DNA of 32,000 nucleotides from assembly GCF_001564455.1 (NCBI RefSeq), contig NZ_CP011391.1:1860001-1892000 (forward strand), read 5' to 3'. A program made the position numbers and the translations under genes. Source of the stretch: Faecalibaculum rodentium. Its GTDB lineage: Bacteria > Bacillota_I > Bacilli_A > Erysipelotrichales > Erysipelotrichaceae. Shown in pieces: positions 18,587 through 26,400 of the stretch. Under the pieces are notes generated by a model that made no database searches, was not told the DNA's origin, and saw only the letters and a program-made list of their open reading frames with translations. Position 1 is the stretch's first letter, and each line of letters begins with the position of its first letter.

Positions 18587-19074
18587 AACGCCTCCTCGAA
18601 CCGGGCTGCGGCTGCCTTTGCCTGGGGACCGGTCATATAGAACAGGTAGTTGGGGTGTACATCGACCACAGCCTGATTCACCATATCCAGCTGTTCAGGG
18701 GCGTATCCCTGGTAAATGTCTTTCTGGGACTGGATCCGGGCATTGACTTTGTCCAGCACGTCCTGTTCCTGTGCAGGGTCAAACCGGATGATGAGGAGCT
18801 CTTCGGCATCCATGGCATTCAGGCTTCTCCAGTAGGCAATGTCGGGATACTGCGCCGGGTCCAGTCCGAGCTTGCTGCGGATCAGGGACTGGTCTGCGGC
18901 CGGATAGGCTGTCAGGTCCATGCCTTCAGTGACCGCAGCTGTCACATCCGCAAAGTCTGCCTGGCTGGGTCCTTCCCGGAATACCGAGGGCAGAAAAAAG
19001 CACAGAAAAGCAGTGAAAGTCACAATCATTCCGATGGTCCAGCGGTTGATGGTCAGGGTTTTCTGGCGGTTCAT
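18583..19074 (-). CDS. Small membrane-anchored protein, DUF4358-like
   Basis: TM anchor IGMIVTFTAFLCFFLP. The body (MDAEELLIIRF...RIQSQKDIYQGYAPEQ...AVVDVHPNYLFY) matches my recollection of DUF4358 proteins that accompany MBOAT/DHHW pairs in Clostridia. I moved the start to the ATG at 19074, which forms an ATGA overlap with the upstream stop at 19071-19074. Confidence 0.55.
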   Translation of the reverse strand: MNRQKTLTINRWTIGMIVTFTAFLCFFLPSVFREGPSQADFADVTAAVTEGMDLTAYPAADQSLIRSKLGLDPAQYPDIAYWRSLNAMDAEELLIIRFDPAQEQDVLDKVNARIQSQKDIYQGYAPEQLDMVNQAVVDVHPNYLFYMTGPQAKAAAARFEEAL

Positions 19075-19841
19075 TCGGCTTCTCCCACGGCATCCACGAT
19101 GCTTTCGGCCCATTTCAGGCACATATCCGGTGCAAGGTGAATGCCATCGGATTCCAGGTTGTCCTGGATCTCTGCATTCAGGCTGCCGGAGTCAATGAAG
19201 ACCCAGTGGTTTCTTTCGCACATGGCCTTGAGCTGTTCGTTGTACTGCCCGAGGTTTCCGTACTGCGGGTATTGTTCGATGACTGCGGGCGACACGTCCA
19301 GGATCGAGGTGACAAACACCCGGGCTCCTGGTGCCGCTTTGGCCGCCTGCTGAATATAAGATTCATAGACCTGCGCAAATCCTTCGGGACTGCCACCCAG
19401 GTTATGCTGCACGTCATTGATGCCATAGGACACAATGAGATTGGCCGGCTGGAGAGCAGTGATCCGCTCCAGCTGGTTGGGTATGTCCTGGCAGTCTGTC
19501 CCGATCACCGCAATGTCCCGGTCGCCATCCAGGATCTGGTATTCCGCGAGAGCTGCGGCCCTGGAATCACCGATCATGGCGTAGTCCGGCAGCAGCGCGG
19601 AGTAGGAGATCTTTCCTTCGCTGTAGGCCTGTTTCAGCTCGGCGGTCCGCTTCTGTGCGAGCGCGGAAGTCAGTTCAGCGGGATCCTTCGCAGCCTGTTC
19701 CCGGATCCATGCCCGGCCGTCTGTGACCTGCTGAGACTGTGTGTGAATCGCAAGCCACACAAGCAGCAAGACAAAAAGAGCGCCGGTTCCCACAGCAGCG
19801 AATTTCTGCCAGAGAACCAGGCGGTTCCACCATTCTTTCAT
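19071..19841 (-). CDS. Membrane-anchored SGNH/GDSL-family hydrolase/acyl-esterase
   Basis: N-terminal anchor FAAVGTGALFVLLLVWLAI. Block I MIGDSRAAA (GDS), block III SYGINDV, block V SDGIHL (DxxH). SD AAGGGGAGA. Confidence 0.75.
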   Translation of the reverse strand: MKEWWNRLVLWQKFAAVGTGALFVLLLVWLAIHTQSQQVTDGRAWIREQAAKDPAELTSALAQKRTAELKQAYSEGKISYSALLPDYAMIGDSRAAALAEYQILDGDRDIAVIGTDCQDIPNQLERITALQPANLIVSYGINDVQHNLGGSPEGFAQVYESYIQQAAKAAPGARVFVTSILDVSPAVIEQYPQYGNLGQYNEQLKAMCERNHWVFIDSGSLNAEIQDNLESDGIHLAPDMCLKWAESIVDAVGEAE

Positions 19842-19868
19842 ATCGTTCTCCCCTTATTCGTTACTGCT

Positions 19869-19898
19869 ATTGTACGGAAAACCGGCTGCTTCTGTTAC
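19869..19898 (-). promoter_or_regulatory. Candidate promoter of the O-acylation operon (GTAACA-18-TACAAT)
   Basis: On the minus strand, -10 TACAAT (19874-19869) and a weak -35 GTAACA (19898-19893), about 28 nt upstream of the ATG at 19841. Eye-scan only. Confidence 0.3.
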
Positions 19899-20023
19899 TG
19901 AAAACAACAGAAAGTGCAGGTTTTTTTCTGCAGGGACATGCAGGCTGCTCCCACCAGCTCCCGGTAGGGAAAAGCATACATTGCATATGAGGGCAAGTCC
20001 CGGGAGAGTCTGGAATCGTGGCA

Positions 20024-20062
20024 GCAAAAAGGCCGGGCATCTGTATATTGACGATCCCGGTC
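20024..20062 (-). terminator. Weak terminator-like hairpin downstream of the degenerate gene
   Basis: CCGGG/CCCGG stem with an 18-nt loop, followed on the minus strand by CCTTTTTGC. Confidence 0.3.
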
Positions 20063-20093
20063 TGATCGAATCGAGTTTGCAGGACAGGCAGAT

Positions 20094-20942
20094 TCAGTCC
20101 GCTTTGTGGCGGGCCAGTTCGGCTTCCGGTTCCCGGATTCGCCTGTCGCGGTCTTCCAGCTCCCTGTCCTTCTCCTCCAGCCGGGTGCCAAAAACCTGAA
20201 TGCTGCCGTCATTGCCACACCTTCTTTTTCCATGTACTCCAGGGCCTCCTTCCGGTTTCTGTCCCGGAAAATGTGACCCAGGCCGTTCAGTGTTCTGTCC
20301 TCCAAATCGTCCCACTCCGGGTCGATAAATACAAATCTGTTCTCCACACAGGTCTCTGTGATACGGGAAAACTCCCTGATCACTCTGGCATTGCCTTGCC
20401 TTCACCTCCCAGGTGATGATGAGATCGTCCGAAAATATGGCTGTGGGATAGATCCAGAACATCTTCAGATCATTCAGTCCTGCGCAGTCTGTGTTCATGC
20501 CCTTGATCCGGTTTTGCTGCCCGGACATGCCTCTGGCAATACAGCAGTCATTCCGGTTGGCCATCACTTCAGCCGTTGGCATAGTATTGTTCACTGCGAT
20601 GATCACCACATACAGTTTCTCCGTCTCCATATCCTGTATTACGCAGACCTGATCATTGACTGTGGTTCCTTCCACCGCCACTGTGAGCGCAGGATCCATC
20701 GTCTCCATCTTTTCATTCAGGACCGCCAGCTCATTCGCTGCACTCAGCGGCATTCGAAACACCTCCCGTATCCTGCTGCTGAGTTCCCGTACCGTGAAGT
20801 CTGCGTATTCCGGACACATCAGCCTGAGCACCAGAGAAAATATCTGTTTGTCCTGAAGCATGGCTTTGGCCGCCTTGTCCCGTTCCGGTCTGTCCGGCGA
20901 TACCAGCTGTCTGGCGTTTGTTTCCTGTCTGTCTGCCACCAT
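20094..20942 (-). pseudogene. Twice-frameshifted, degenerate PD-(D/E)XK nuclease-family 'transposase'-like gene remnant
   Basis: Strong SD AGGAGG 7 nt before the ATG at 20942. The N-part, DKAAKAMLQDKQIFSLVLRLMCPEYADFTVRELSSRI...LYVVIIAVNN...LNDLKMFWIYP, follows the layout I recall for PD-(D/E)XK nuclease-family transposases, but the E/Q/K catalytic positions are replaced. Plausible sequence moves to another frame near 20385-20400 (IREFSRITETCVENRFVFIDPEWDDLEDRTLNGLGHIFRDRNRKEALEYMEKEGV) and returns near 20205-20225 (SIQVFGTRLEEKDRELEDRDRRIREPEAELARHKAD). Confidence 0.4.
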
Positions 20943-21209
20943 GAGTTTTCCTCCTGCCGCAATCTGCTTTCCAGACAGCACCACACCAAACAGCAGACTA
21001 AAAGCAATTTATCAGTCATATATGCTCGGATAATTCAGATATTGCGATTTTTCCATAATAATTCTGCCACCTTATCGTAGCATCTGCCCAATTCTGCGCC
21101 TGTTTTCCCTTACCGGCAATTCATCTTTCTGTCATATGACTCCCCCGCCAGCCAGAATACAAAACGCGGATTTGTGACAGGTGCATCACAAAAACTTCAG
21201 CCATACAGC

Positions 21210-21246
21210 GCAAAAAAGGCCGGGTCCCTTCCCGGGAAACCGGCTT
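21210..21246 (-). terminator. Rho-independent terminator after the RloB-like gene
   Basis: GC-rich stem GCCGG...CCGGC (21219-21223 pairs with 21240-21244) with inner CCC/GGG pairing, followed on the minus strand by CTTTTTTG (A-run 21212-21217 on plus). Confidence 0.6.
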
Positions 21247-21267
21247 TATCTGCCTGACTCAGTTGCG

Positions 21268-22218
21268 TTATCCAGTATGAGAATCCTTTTCAGCATCACG
21301 CAGATCTCTAATCAGTCTGGGTACAGCAGAACCAACCTGATTTTTCAGAAGCAGCGGATCTTCGGGAAGTCCACTGGCATTCGCCAAAGCATTATCCAGT
21401 TTTGAAAGAAGCAGGTTTGTATTCACGTGTTTCTTTTTGTAACCTGGCAGATGCTGACAAAGGATGAACTCCGTATAGGTTTTCTTTGCCCTCTTTCCTC
21501 CCATCTCCTGATTTTTCACTTTTCTGTTTTCCAGAATATTATCCAGTTCTGCCTCATTCAGTTTGCGAAAATGCAGCAGCAGCCAGAGCTCAAAACAGGG
21601 ATTTGTCGGACAGAATCTGATGTTCAAAGTATTGCATTTTGTCAGGACCTCATCGTACTGATTCTCTTTAAAACTGTGTCTGTCTCTATCAACAATCATA
21701 TAGATATGATCGGTTTTCCAGTCCATCGTGGGAGGATCGAATTCGAAGTTCAGAATGGCATTTTTAAGCTGTTCCTGATTTTCATCCAGCGACTTCAGCA
21801 GTTGGGAAACAGCTGAATCCACATCCTCAATATATCCGGAATCCATCTGTGAATCGGAACCCGGCATTTCCGACTGCAGCAGCAGGTCATGGATTTCCTC
21901 CTCTGACACCTGACACCCGGTTTCCGCATGCAGCTTGCGAATCAGAGATTTCCATGTGATTTTGCCTTCTTTGCATTCTTCCATAAACGCTGTAAGACAT
22001 TCCAGGACCCGAACGGGATTGCTCATCGCGTATTCTCTGCCTTCTTTCTCCAGAGGGACAAGCTCCACCAGCTGACTTAGCCTGCACTGAGCGGATTGCT
22101 GTTTCAACGCGGAGAAATATATACTTTCGGTTTTCTCTCCTTCAAAAGCAAGGAACACTTTTCGCAATGGACTGCGTGTACCTGAGCGGCGCACAGCATA
22201 CTCCCGTAATTCTCTCAT
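21268..22218 (-). CDS. RloB-like (Toprim-type) protein with an unusually long internal insertion; AbiLii/AriB-like partner
   Basis: N-terminal KVFLAFEGEKTESIYF (RloB/Toprim Glu motif), later IYMIVDRDRHSF (DxD) and FCPTNPCFELWLLLHF (RloB signature as I recall it). 316 aa, versus about 200 typical. ATGA overlap with the ATPase stop at 22215-22218. Confidence 0.7.
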   Translation of the reverse strand: MRELREYAVRRSGTRSPLRKVFLAFEGEKTESIYFSALKQQSAQCRLSQLVELVPLEKEGREYAMSNPVRVLECLTAFMEECKEGKITWKSLIRKLHAETGCQVSEEEIHDLLLQSEMPGSDSQMDSGYIEDVDSAVSQLLKSLDENQEQLKNAILNFEFDPPTMDWKTDHIYMIVDRDRHSFKENQYDEVLTKCNTLNIRFCPTNPCFELWLLLHFRKLNEAELDNILENRKVKNQEMGGKRAKKTYTEFILCQHLPGYKKKHVNTNLLLSKLDNALANASGLPEDPLLLKNQVGSAVPRLIRDLRDAEKDSHTG

Positions 22219-23597
22219 CCCGGTTCTTCGCCCTCAAAGGGAAATACTGAATGGAACACCGGTACACCACCATACCTGCCTTCCCGGTACGCTTTCTCAA
22301 TTACCTTGTCAAACCGCTCATTGTACTCCTCCATGGAATACAGATGAGAATTACCTTCCCTGTTTTTATTGATGAACCAGATTTCATCTCTGCGTACAAG
22401 ATCAAAATCCAACAGTGCAGATTCATGAGTGGTGCAAATCAGCTGCGATCTACAGCCGGATTTTCTCAAAAACAGTTTGACGAACCGATATACAAGATTT
22501 GGATGCAGGCAGCGGTCCAGTTCGTCAATCACAAACACTTTCTCTTCCTCAGATAGAAGCACATCCAGCAGATCCAGTATTCTGATAGTCCCTTCGGATT
22601 CATCTGCCAGTGTGAATTCTACATCTCCTTCCTTTCCCTGATGGACAAAAACCAGCTGTACGAATTTTTCCGTTTCGGCTGTCAAATGGCATAAATACAT
22701 GTCATTGCGGGTTCGAAACAGAGCCTGGGCTTTCATTGCAGGATCTTTATGACATCTGGTCCGGGATTCATCCAGAGCCTTTCGAAACACCTGGGCTTCT
22801 TCGGGCCTGAGACGGGAACTAATCTGGTCATATGTAACTTTCCGATGATCAATTCTCGTAATCCCGGTGTCAAAAGCCTGGAGCCAGGATTCCAGAGCGG
22901 AAGTCGGGTTATGTTCAATCAACTGAAAGTAATTGGTGAAGCTGGTCTCTGGCCAGATCACATTGAGGTCCCTGGCATACCACAGGAAAAGATCTTCAAA
23001 AACCCGCAGTTTCTCATTTCTTTTCAGAACCGATTTCAGTGTCCGGTTCATTACGTGCAACAGAAGAATATCCTGATCTGTCTGAAAATCCTCCAGATAC
23101 TTTCCCAGTGTATCCTTCGTATTTGACTGCTCCAGTTCACCTCCCACACGGAAAGTCCCTTTATCTGTTGACCGTTCAAACAACACCGTTTCCCCACTGG
23201 TGTTTTTTCTGATCAGCCACTCACATAAAACGGAACCGGAAGCCAGAAGTAATTCAAATCCATAGCAGTAGCAGATTCCATCCAGCAGGATTTCCATCTC
23301 AAAATAACTGGGCATGTTTTGGTTTCTGCGGCTGGTTCTGTCATACAATCCCGCCGTATCCGCAGGGACGCCACGAAGAACGCATGCTTTCATGAACTGA
23401 ATCGCTTTAATCAGATTGGATTTCCCTGATCCATTGGCACCATATATCAGAGCAGCCTTCAGAAGTGAAACATCTCCAGCTTTTATGGTTTGCTCCGGAT
23501 GTCTGCGGACCCGGCTGCCTATCAGGGACAGCTCATTGGTACGGCCTTCATCTTCATCAAAAGAAAGAAAGTTTTTGAAATTGAACTGTTTCAGCAT
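22215..23597 (-). CDS. ABC/SMC-like AAA_21-type ATPase (AbiLi/RloA/AriA-like)
   Basis: MLKQFNFKNFLSF start, Walker A YGANGSGKSN, signature-like ESEGTIRIL, Walker B VFVIDELDRCLHP, H-loop CTTHES, C-terminal EGRYGGVP. 460 aa. SD AAGGAG. Confidence 0.85.
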   Translation of the reverse strand: MLKQFNFKNFLSFDEDEGRTNELSLIGSRVRRHPEQTIKAGDVSLLKAALIYGANGSGKSNLIKAIQFMKACVLRGVPADTAGLYDRTSRRNQNMPSYFEMEILLDGICYCYGFELLLASGSVLCEWLIRKNTSGETVLFERSTDKGTFRVGGELEQSNTKDTLGKYLEDFQTDQDILLLHVMNRTLKSVLKRNEKLRVFEDLFLWYARDLNVIWPETSFTNYFQLIEHNPTSALESWLQAFDTGITRIDHRKVTYDQISSRLRPEEAQVFRKALDESRTRCHKDPAMKAQALFRTRNDMYLCHLTAETEKFVQLVFVHQGKEGDVEFTLADESEGTIRILDLLDVLLSEEEKVFVIDELDRCLHPNLVYRFVKLFLRKSGCRSQLICTTHESALLDFDLVRRDEIWFINKNREGNSHLYSMEEYNERFDKVIEKAYREGRYGGVPVFHSVFPFEGEEPG

Positions 23598-23614
23598 GGC
23601 AAATCTCCTTTACG

Positions 23615-23689
23615 AGATTTTATCACCTTTCAAATGAAATTTGTTCCAAAATACGCTTAAATCTGCATTTTTATGTGATTTTTTCACAT
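23615..23689 (-). promoter_or_regulatory. Upstream region of the ATPase/RloB operon: extended -10 TGATAAAAT plus a 17-bp palindrome ATGTGA-N5-TCACAT
   Basis: On the minus strand, TGaTAAAAT at 23625-23617, with no good -35. A perfect inverted repeat at 23673-23689 (plus strand atgtgatttttcacat) lies just upstream. Eye-scan only. Confidence 0.3.
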
Positions 23690-23705
23690 TTCATATGACG
23701 GATAT

Positions 23706-23746
23706 CCAAAAAAGGCCAGACATCCCTTTTCAGGAGGTCTGGCCTT
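23706..23746 (-). terminator. Strong rho-independent terminator after ftsZ
   Basis: 8-bp stem GGCCAGAC/GTCTGGCC (23737-23744 pairs with 23714-23721), 15-nt loop, then TTTTTT on the minus strand (23713-23708). Confidence 0.8.
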
Positions 23747-23762
23747 CTTGAACTGTCACTGC

Positions 23763-24929
23763 TTATCTGTTGAAGAAGAAGTTCGGAATCTGATCATCCT
23801 GACCAGCCGCATTTCCATCTTCCACACTCGTCACCACACCCGGGTTGCCCGGGGTCTGGATCGTCGGCTTCGTGAACAGCTGCGGCTCCGCAGCTGTGTG
23901 CTGACTCCGGCGCTTCTTGCCGCCGGCTTTTTCCGGTGCATCATCGAATCCCGTGGCAATCACCGTCACGATGATGGAATCACCCAGCTGCTCGTTGATG
24001 GCGATACCGAAAATGCAGTCCACATCTCCGCCTGCGGCATCCTGGATTACAGCCACTGCGTTCTGGGCATCGTAGAAGGATACCTTGTCGCCGCCTGTGA
24101 TGTTGATGATCGCAGACTTCGCGCCCTGGATGCTGGACTCCAGCAGCGGAGACTGAATGGCCTTTTCCGCTGCCACGATGGCTTTGTCTTCGCCGTCGGC
24201 CATGCCGATGCCGATCAGGGCACGGCCCTGGTTCTGCATCACGCTGCGGACATCCGCGAAGTCCAGGTTGACCAGCGCCGGTACGGCAATCAGGTCGGAA
24301 ATCGTCTGAACACCCTGGCGCAGCACGTTGTCAGCTGCCTGGAATGCTTCTTCAATGGGCTTGCGGCCCAGGACCTCCAGCAGGTTGTCGTTGGACACCA
24401 CGATCAGAGAATCCACGTATTTCTTCAGTTCATCGATGCCCTCTGCGGCGCTGTTGGCGCGGCGCCGGCCTTCAAATGTGAAGGGACGTGTCACAACACC
24501 GACAGTCAGCGCGCCTTCTTCCTTGGCAATCTTGGCAACCAGCGGTGCGGCACCCGTACCGGTTCCGCCACCCATGCCGGCTGTAATGAACACCATGTCT
24601 GCGCCCTGGATCGCTTCACGGATTTCTCCTTCGCTCTCCTCGGCTGCCTTGCGGCCGATTTCCGGGTTGCCGCCGGCACCCAGACCCTTCGTGGTTTTTT
24701 CACCCAGCACGATTTTGTTGTCGGAGGGAGAGTTCTTCATCACCTGCACATCGGTGTTCGCAATAAAGAAGTCCACACCCCGGACACCGTCGGAGACCAT
24801 GCGGTTGACCGCATTGCTTCCGCCGCCGCCGACACCAAAGACTTTGATATCCGCTACTTGATTGAATTCTGGCATTCCTGTTTCCTCCTTGACCATTTCT
24901 GCATCCGTTTCTGTCAGACCGGCCTGCAC
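23763..24929 (-). CDS. ftsZ: Cell division GTPase FtsZ
   Basis: [30 protein letters not shown] tubulin signature, NLDFADV, and the C-terminal [11 protein letters not shown] peptide. 388 aa. Confidence 0.97.
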   Translation of the reverse strand: MQAGLTETDAEMVKEETGMPEFNQVADIKVFGVGGGGSNAVNRMVSDGVRGVDFFIANTDVQVMKNSPSDNKIVLGEKTTKGLGAGGNPEIGRKAAEESEGEIREAIQGADMVFITAGMGGGTGTGAAPLVAKIAKEEGALTVGVVTRPFTFEGRRRANSAAEGIDELKKYVDSLIVVSNDNLLEVLGRKPIEEAFQAADNVLRQGVQTISDLIAVPALVNLDFADVRSVMQNQGRALIGIGMADGEDKAIVAAEKAIQSPLLESSIQGAKSAIINITGGDKVSFYDAQNAVAVIQDAAGGDVDCIFGIAINEQLGDSIIVTVIATGFDDAPEKAGGKKRRSQHTAAEPQLFTKPTIQTPGNPGVVTSVEDGNAAGQDDQIPNFFFNR

Positions 24930-24938
24930 CTGTCTGTT

Positions 24939-26192
24939 TTATCCTTCATCCGTCAGGACCACGCTCTTCATCTTCCGCGTGAATCCCCCGTCTCCATGGT
25001 GGCTCCGGGCATTGATCTGATCAATGCTGGCCTCTAGTTCGTTGTTGTTCACGGAAATCCGGTCATCGTGCCGGATCCGGTTGATGTCCATCAGGGCATA
25101 GACACTGCCCAGCAGGGACACAAAGGCGCCGTCACGGGCACCGACACTCGTTTCCACATACACTCTGGCCGGCGCGTTAAACGCCGGTTCCAGTTCCTTC
25201 AGGACCGGTATGTTGCTTCCCTTGCCCGTTACGATGTACTTGACCTTGCCCCGGTTCACGATTGGGGCACAGGCTTCGTTGATCCCTGCGATCCATTCCC
25301 GGATCCTGGGCACCACGGTTTTGGCGAGCTCCCCGGCCGTGATCTCCACGCGCTGGTCTTCCTTCTGTTCAATATAAATAATGACACTGCTGTCCTGCAT
25401 ATCCGTGGAGAAGCAGTTCTGCAGCAGCCGGAACGTGACTTCCCGGCCCAGGCGGTATTTTTTTCTCAGCGGTTCCATGAACCACATATATCCCTTGTCC
25501 AGATCGAAGCTGGAACGCAGCCGTCCGTCCTGGAAATACGTCAGCAGGGTGTGGTTTGCCTCCAGCTGCACCTGGATCACCGGACGCTCGCTGCTCTGTG
25601 CCAGTGCCGCTGTTTCCTGTGCCGCCGCGTAGGAGTCCAGCACCAGATCCAGTATCTCCAGATTGGCCTGCTCCACTGCCCGGGCATAGGCATACACGGT
25701 GTCCTTGTCGGCATACAGCAAATCGACATCCATGACGAATTCCTCGCACTGTTCGGACAGGGGCAGCTTCGATGAGGTTTCCCCGTTCACTTCATACTGG
25801 ATGCGGTTGGCATTCACAAACACCGCATCATCATCCCGGCGCAGCTGCTGTGCCCTGGTCAGCCCCTGCTGGATGTGGAACAGCCGTACGGTTTTTGTGC
25901 CGTCTTCGATGCCCACCCTGATTTTCTGAGACGAATCCTTCACGTTTACACTGGGGACAAGCAGCACAACGCGCTCGATCCTGTAGCCCAGCGCCGCCTG
26001 TGCAGCAGTCAGCGCCTGGCGTATGGACGCCACGACACTGGCTTCGTCCGTGATTGTCGTTCCGGAAAGCCCGGCTGCCGGCGCCCGCTCAATGCGAAGG
26101 ACATTTGCCCGGCCTTCATAGACTTCCATGACCGCCAGTCTTACTTCGCCATCCGCCAGCTCAAGCGCTGCATATACACGTTTTTTCGACAT
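24939..26192 (-). CDS. ftsA: Cell division protein FtsA (actin-like ATPase)
   Basis: 417 aa, located 9 nt upstream of ftsZ. Actin-fold pattern (YAALELADGEVRLAV..., ...VTGKGSNIPVLKELEPAF...) and a C-terminal basic amphipathic tail. SD GAAGGAGG. Confidence 0.85.
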   Translation of the reverse strand: MSKKRVYAALELADGEVRLAVMEVYEGRANVLRIERAPAAGLSGTTITDEASVVASIRQALTAAQAALGYRIERVVLLVPSVNVKDSSQKIRVGIEDGTKTVRLFHIQQGLTRAQQLRRDDDAVFVNANRIQYEVNGETSSKLPLSEQCEEFVMDVDLLYADKDTVYAYARAVEQANLEILDLVLDSYAAAQETAALAQSSERPVIQVQLEANHTLLTYFQDGRLRSSFDLDKGYMWFMEPLRKKYRLGREVTFRLLQNCFSTDMQDSSVIIYIEQKEDQRVEITAGELAKTVVPRIREWIAGINEACAPIVNRGKVKYIVTGKGSNIPVLKELEPAFNAPARVYVETSVGARDGAFVSLLGSVYALMDINRIRHDDRISVNNNELEASIDQINARSHHGDGGFTRKMKSVVLTDEG

Positions 26193-26217
26193 TCGGCCCC
26201 TCCTTCATTCCTGTTCT

Positions 26218-26256
26218 TCATTATACAATCGATGTCCTGCAATTCCCAAAAAAAAG
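26218..26256 (-). promoter_or_regulatory. Candidate ftsA-ftsZ promoter with a consensus extended -10 (TGTATAAT)
   Basis: On the minus strand, TGTATAAT at 26227-26220, immediately downstream of the internal terminator and about 28 nt before the ftsA ATG. The -35 is weak (TGGGAA). Confidence 0.45.
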
Positions 26257-26293
26257 CAGGCATACGATGTTTATAGTACAACATATGCCTGTC
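26246..26293 (-). terminator. Rho-independent terminator between the PBP gene and ftsA
   Basis: 8-bp stem CAGGCATA/TATGCCTG (26284-26291 pairs with 26257-26264) with inner TGTT/AACA pairing, followed by C+TTTTTTTT on the minus strand (26255-26248). Confidence 0.7.
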
Positions 26294-26379
26294 TGTTTGA
26301 AAGTCTCCATGACCGCCCGATATCCGGCCCTGATTGCGAAGTGCATGTAAGCGCTCCCCTGCAACAGATGTCACACTGC

Positions 26380-26397
26380 ACCTGACGAACGTCAGGT
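26380..26397 (-). other. Perfect 7-bp stem / 4-nt loop hairpin 3 nt after the PBP stop codon
   Basis: ACCTGAC-GTTC-GTCAGGT on the minus strand. No U-tract follows, so it is not a canonical terminator. Confidence 0.4.
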
Positions 26398-26400
26398 CTG

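Noticed and set aside
19910-19935. tgcag-gttttttt-ctgca hairpin upstream of the O-acylation operon as a terminator or riboregulator
   Set aside because: The stem is only 5 bp with a U/A-rich loop and no downstream U-tract in the relevant orientation, so it is too weak to call.
19895-20383. 162-aa ORF treated as an independent gene
   Set aside because: Only its first ~55 residues look protein-like, and they continue the reading of the neighbouring degenerate gene after a frameshift. The rest (RRRTGSWKTATGESGNRKPNW...) is out-of-frame nonsense running into the intergenic region.
20020-23746. Shared AAAAAGGCC(G/A)G strings at 20026, 21212 and 23708 as possible att sites or direct repeats flanking the islet
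   Set aside because: Each is simply the A-run plus GC-rich stem start of a separate intrinsic terminator. Similarity does not extend beyond about 12 nt and the stems differ.
23748-25037. 429-aa plus-strand ORF covering the whole ftsZ region
   Set aside because: It is the mirror-frame ORF of an unmistakable ftsZ on the minus strand. Its translation is R/H/G/A-rich low complexity with no recognisable motifs, the usual stop-codon-poor antisense artefact of a GC-rich gene.
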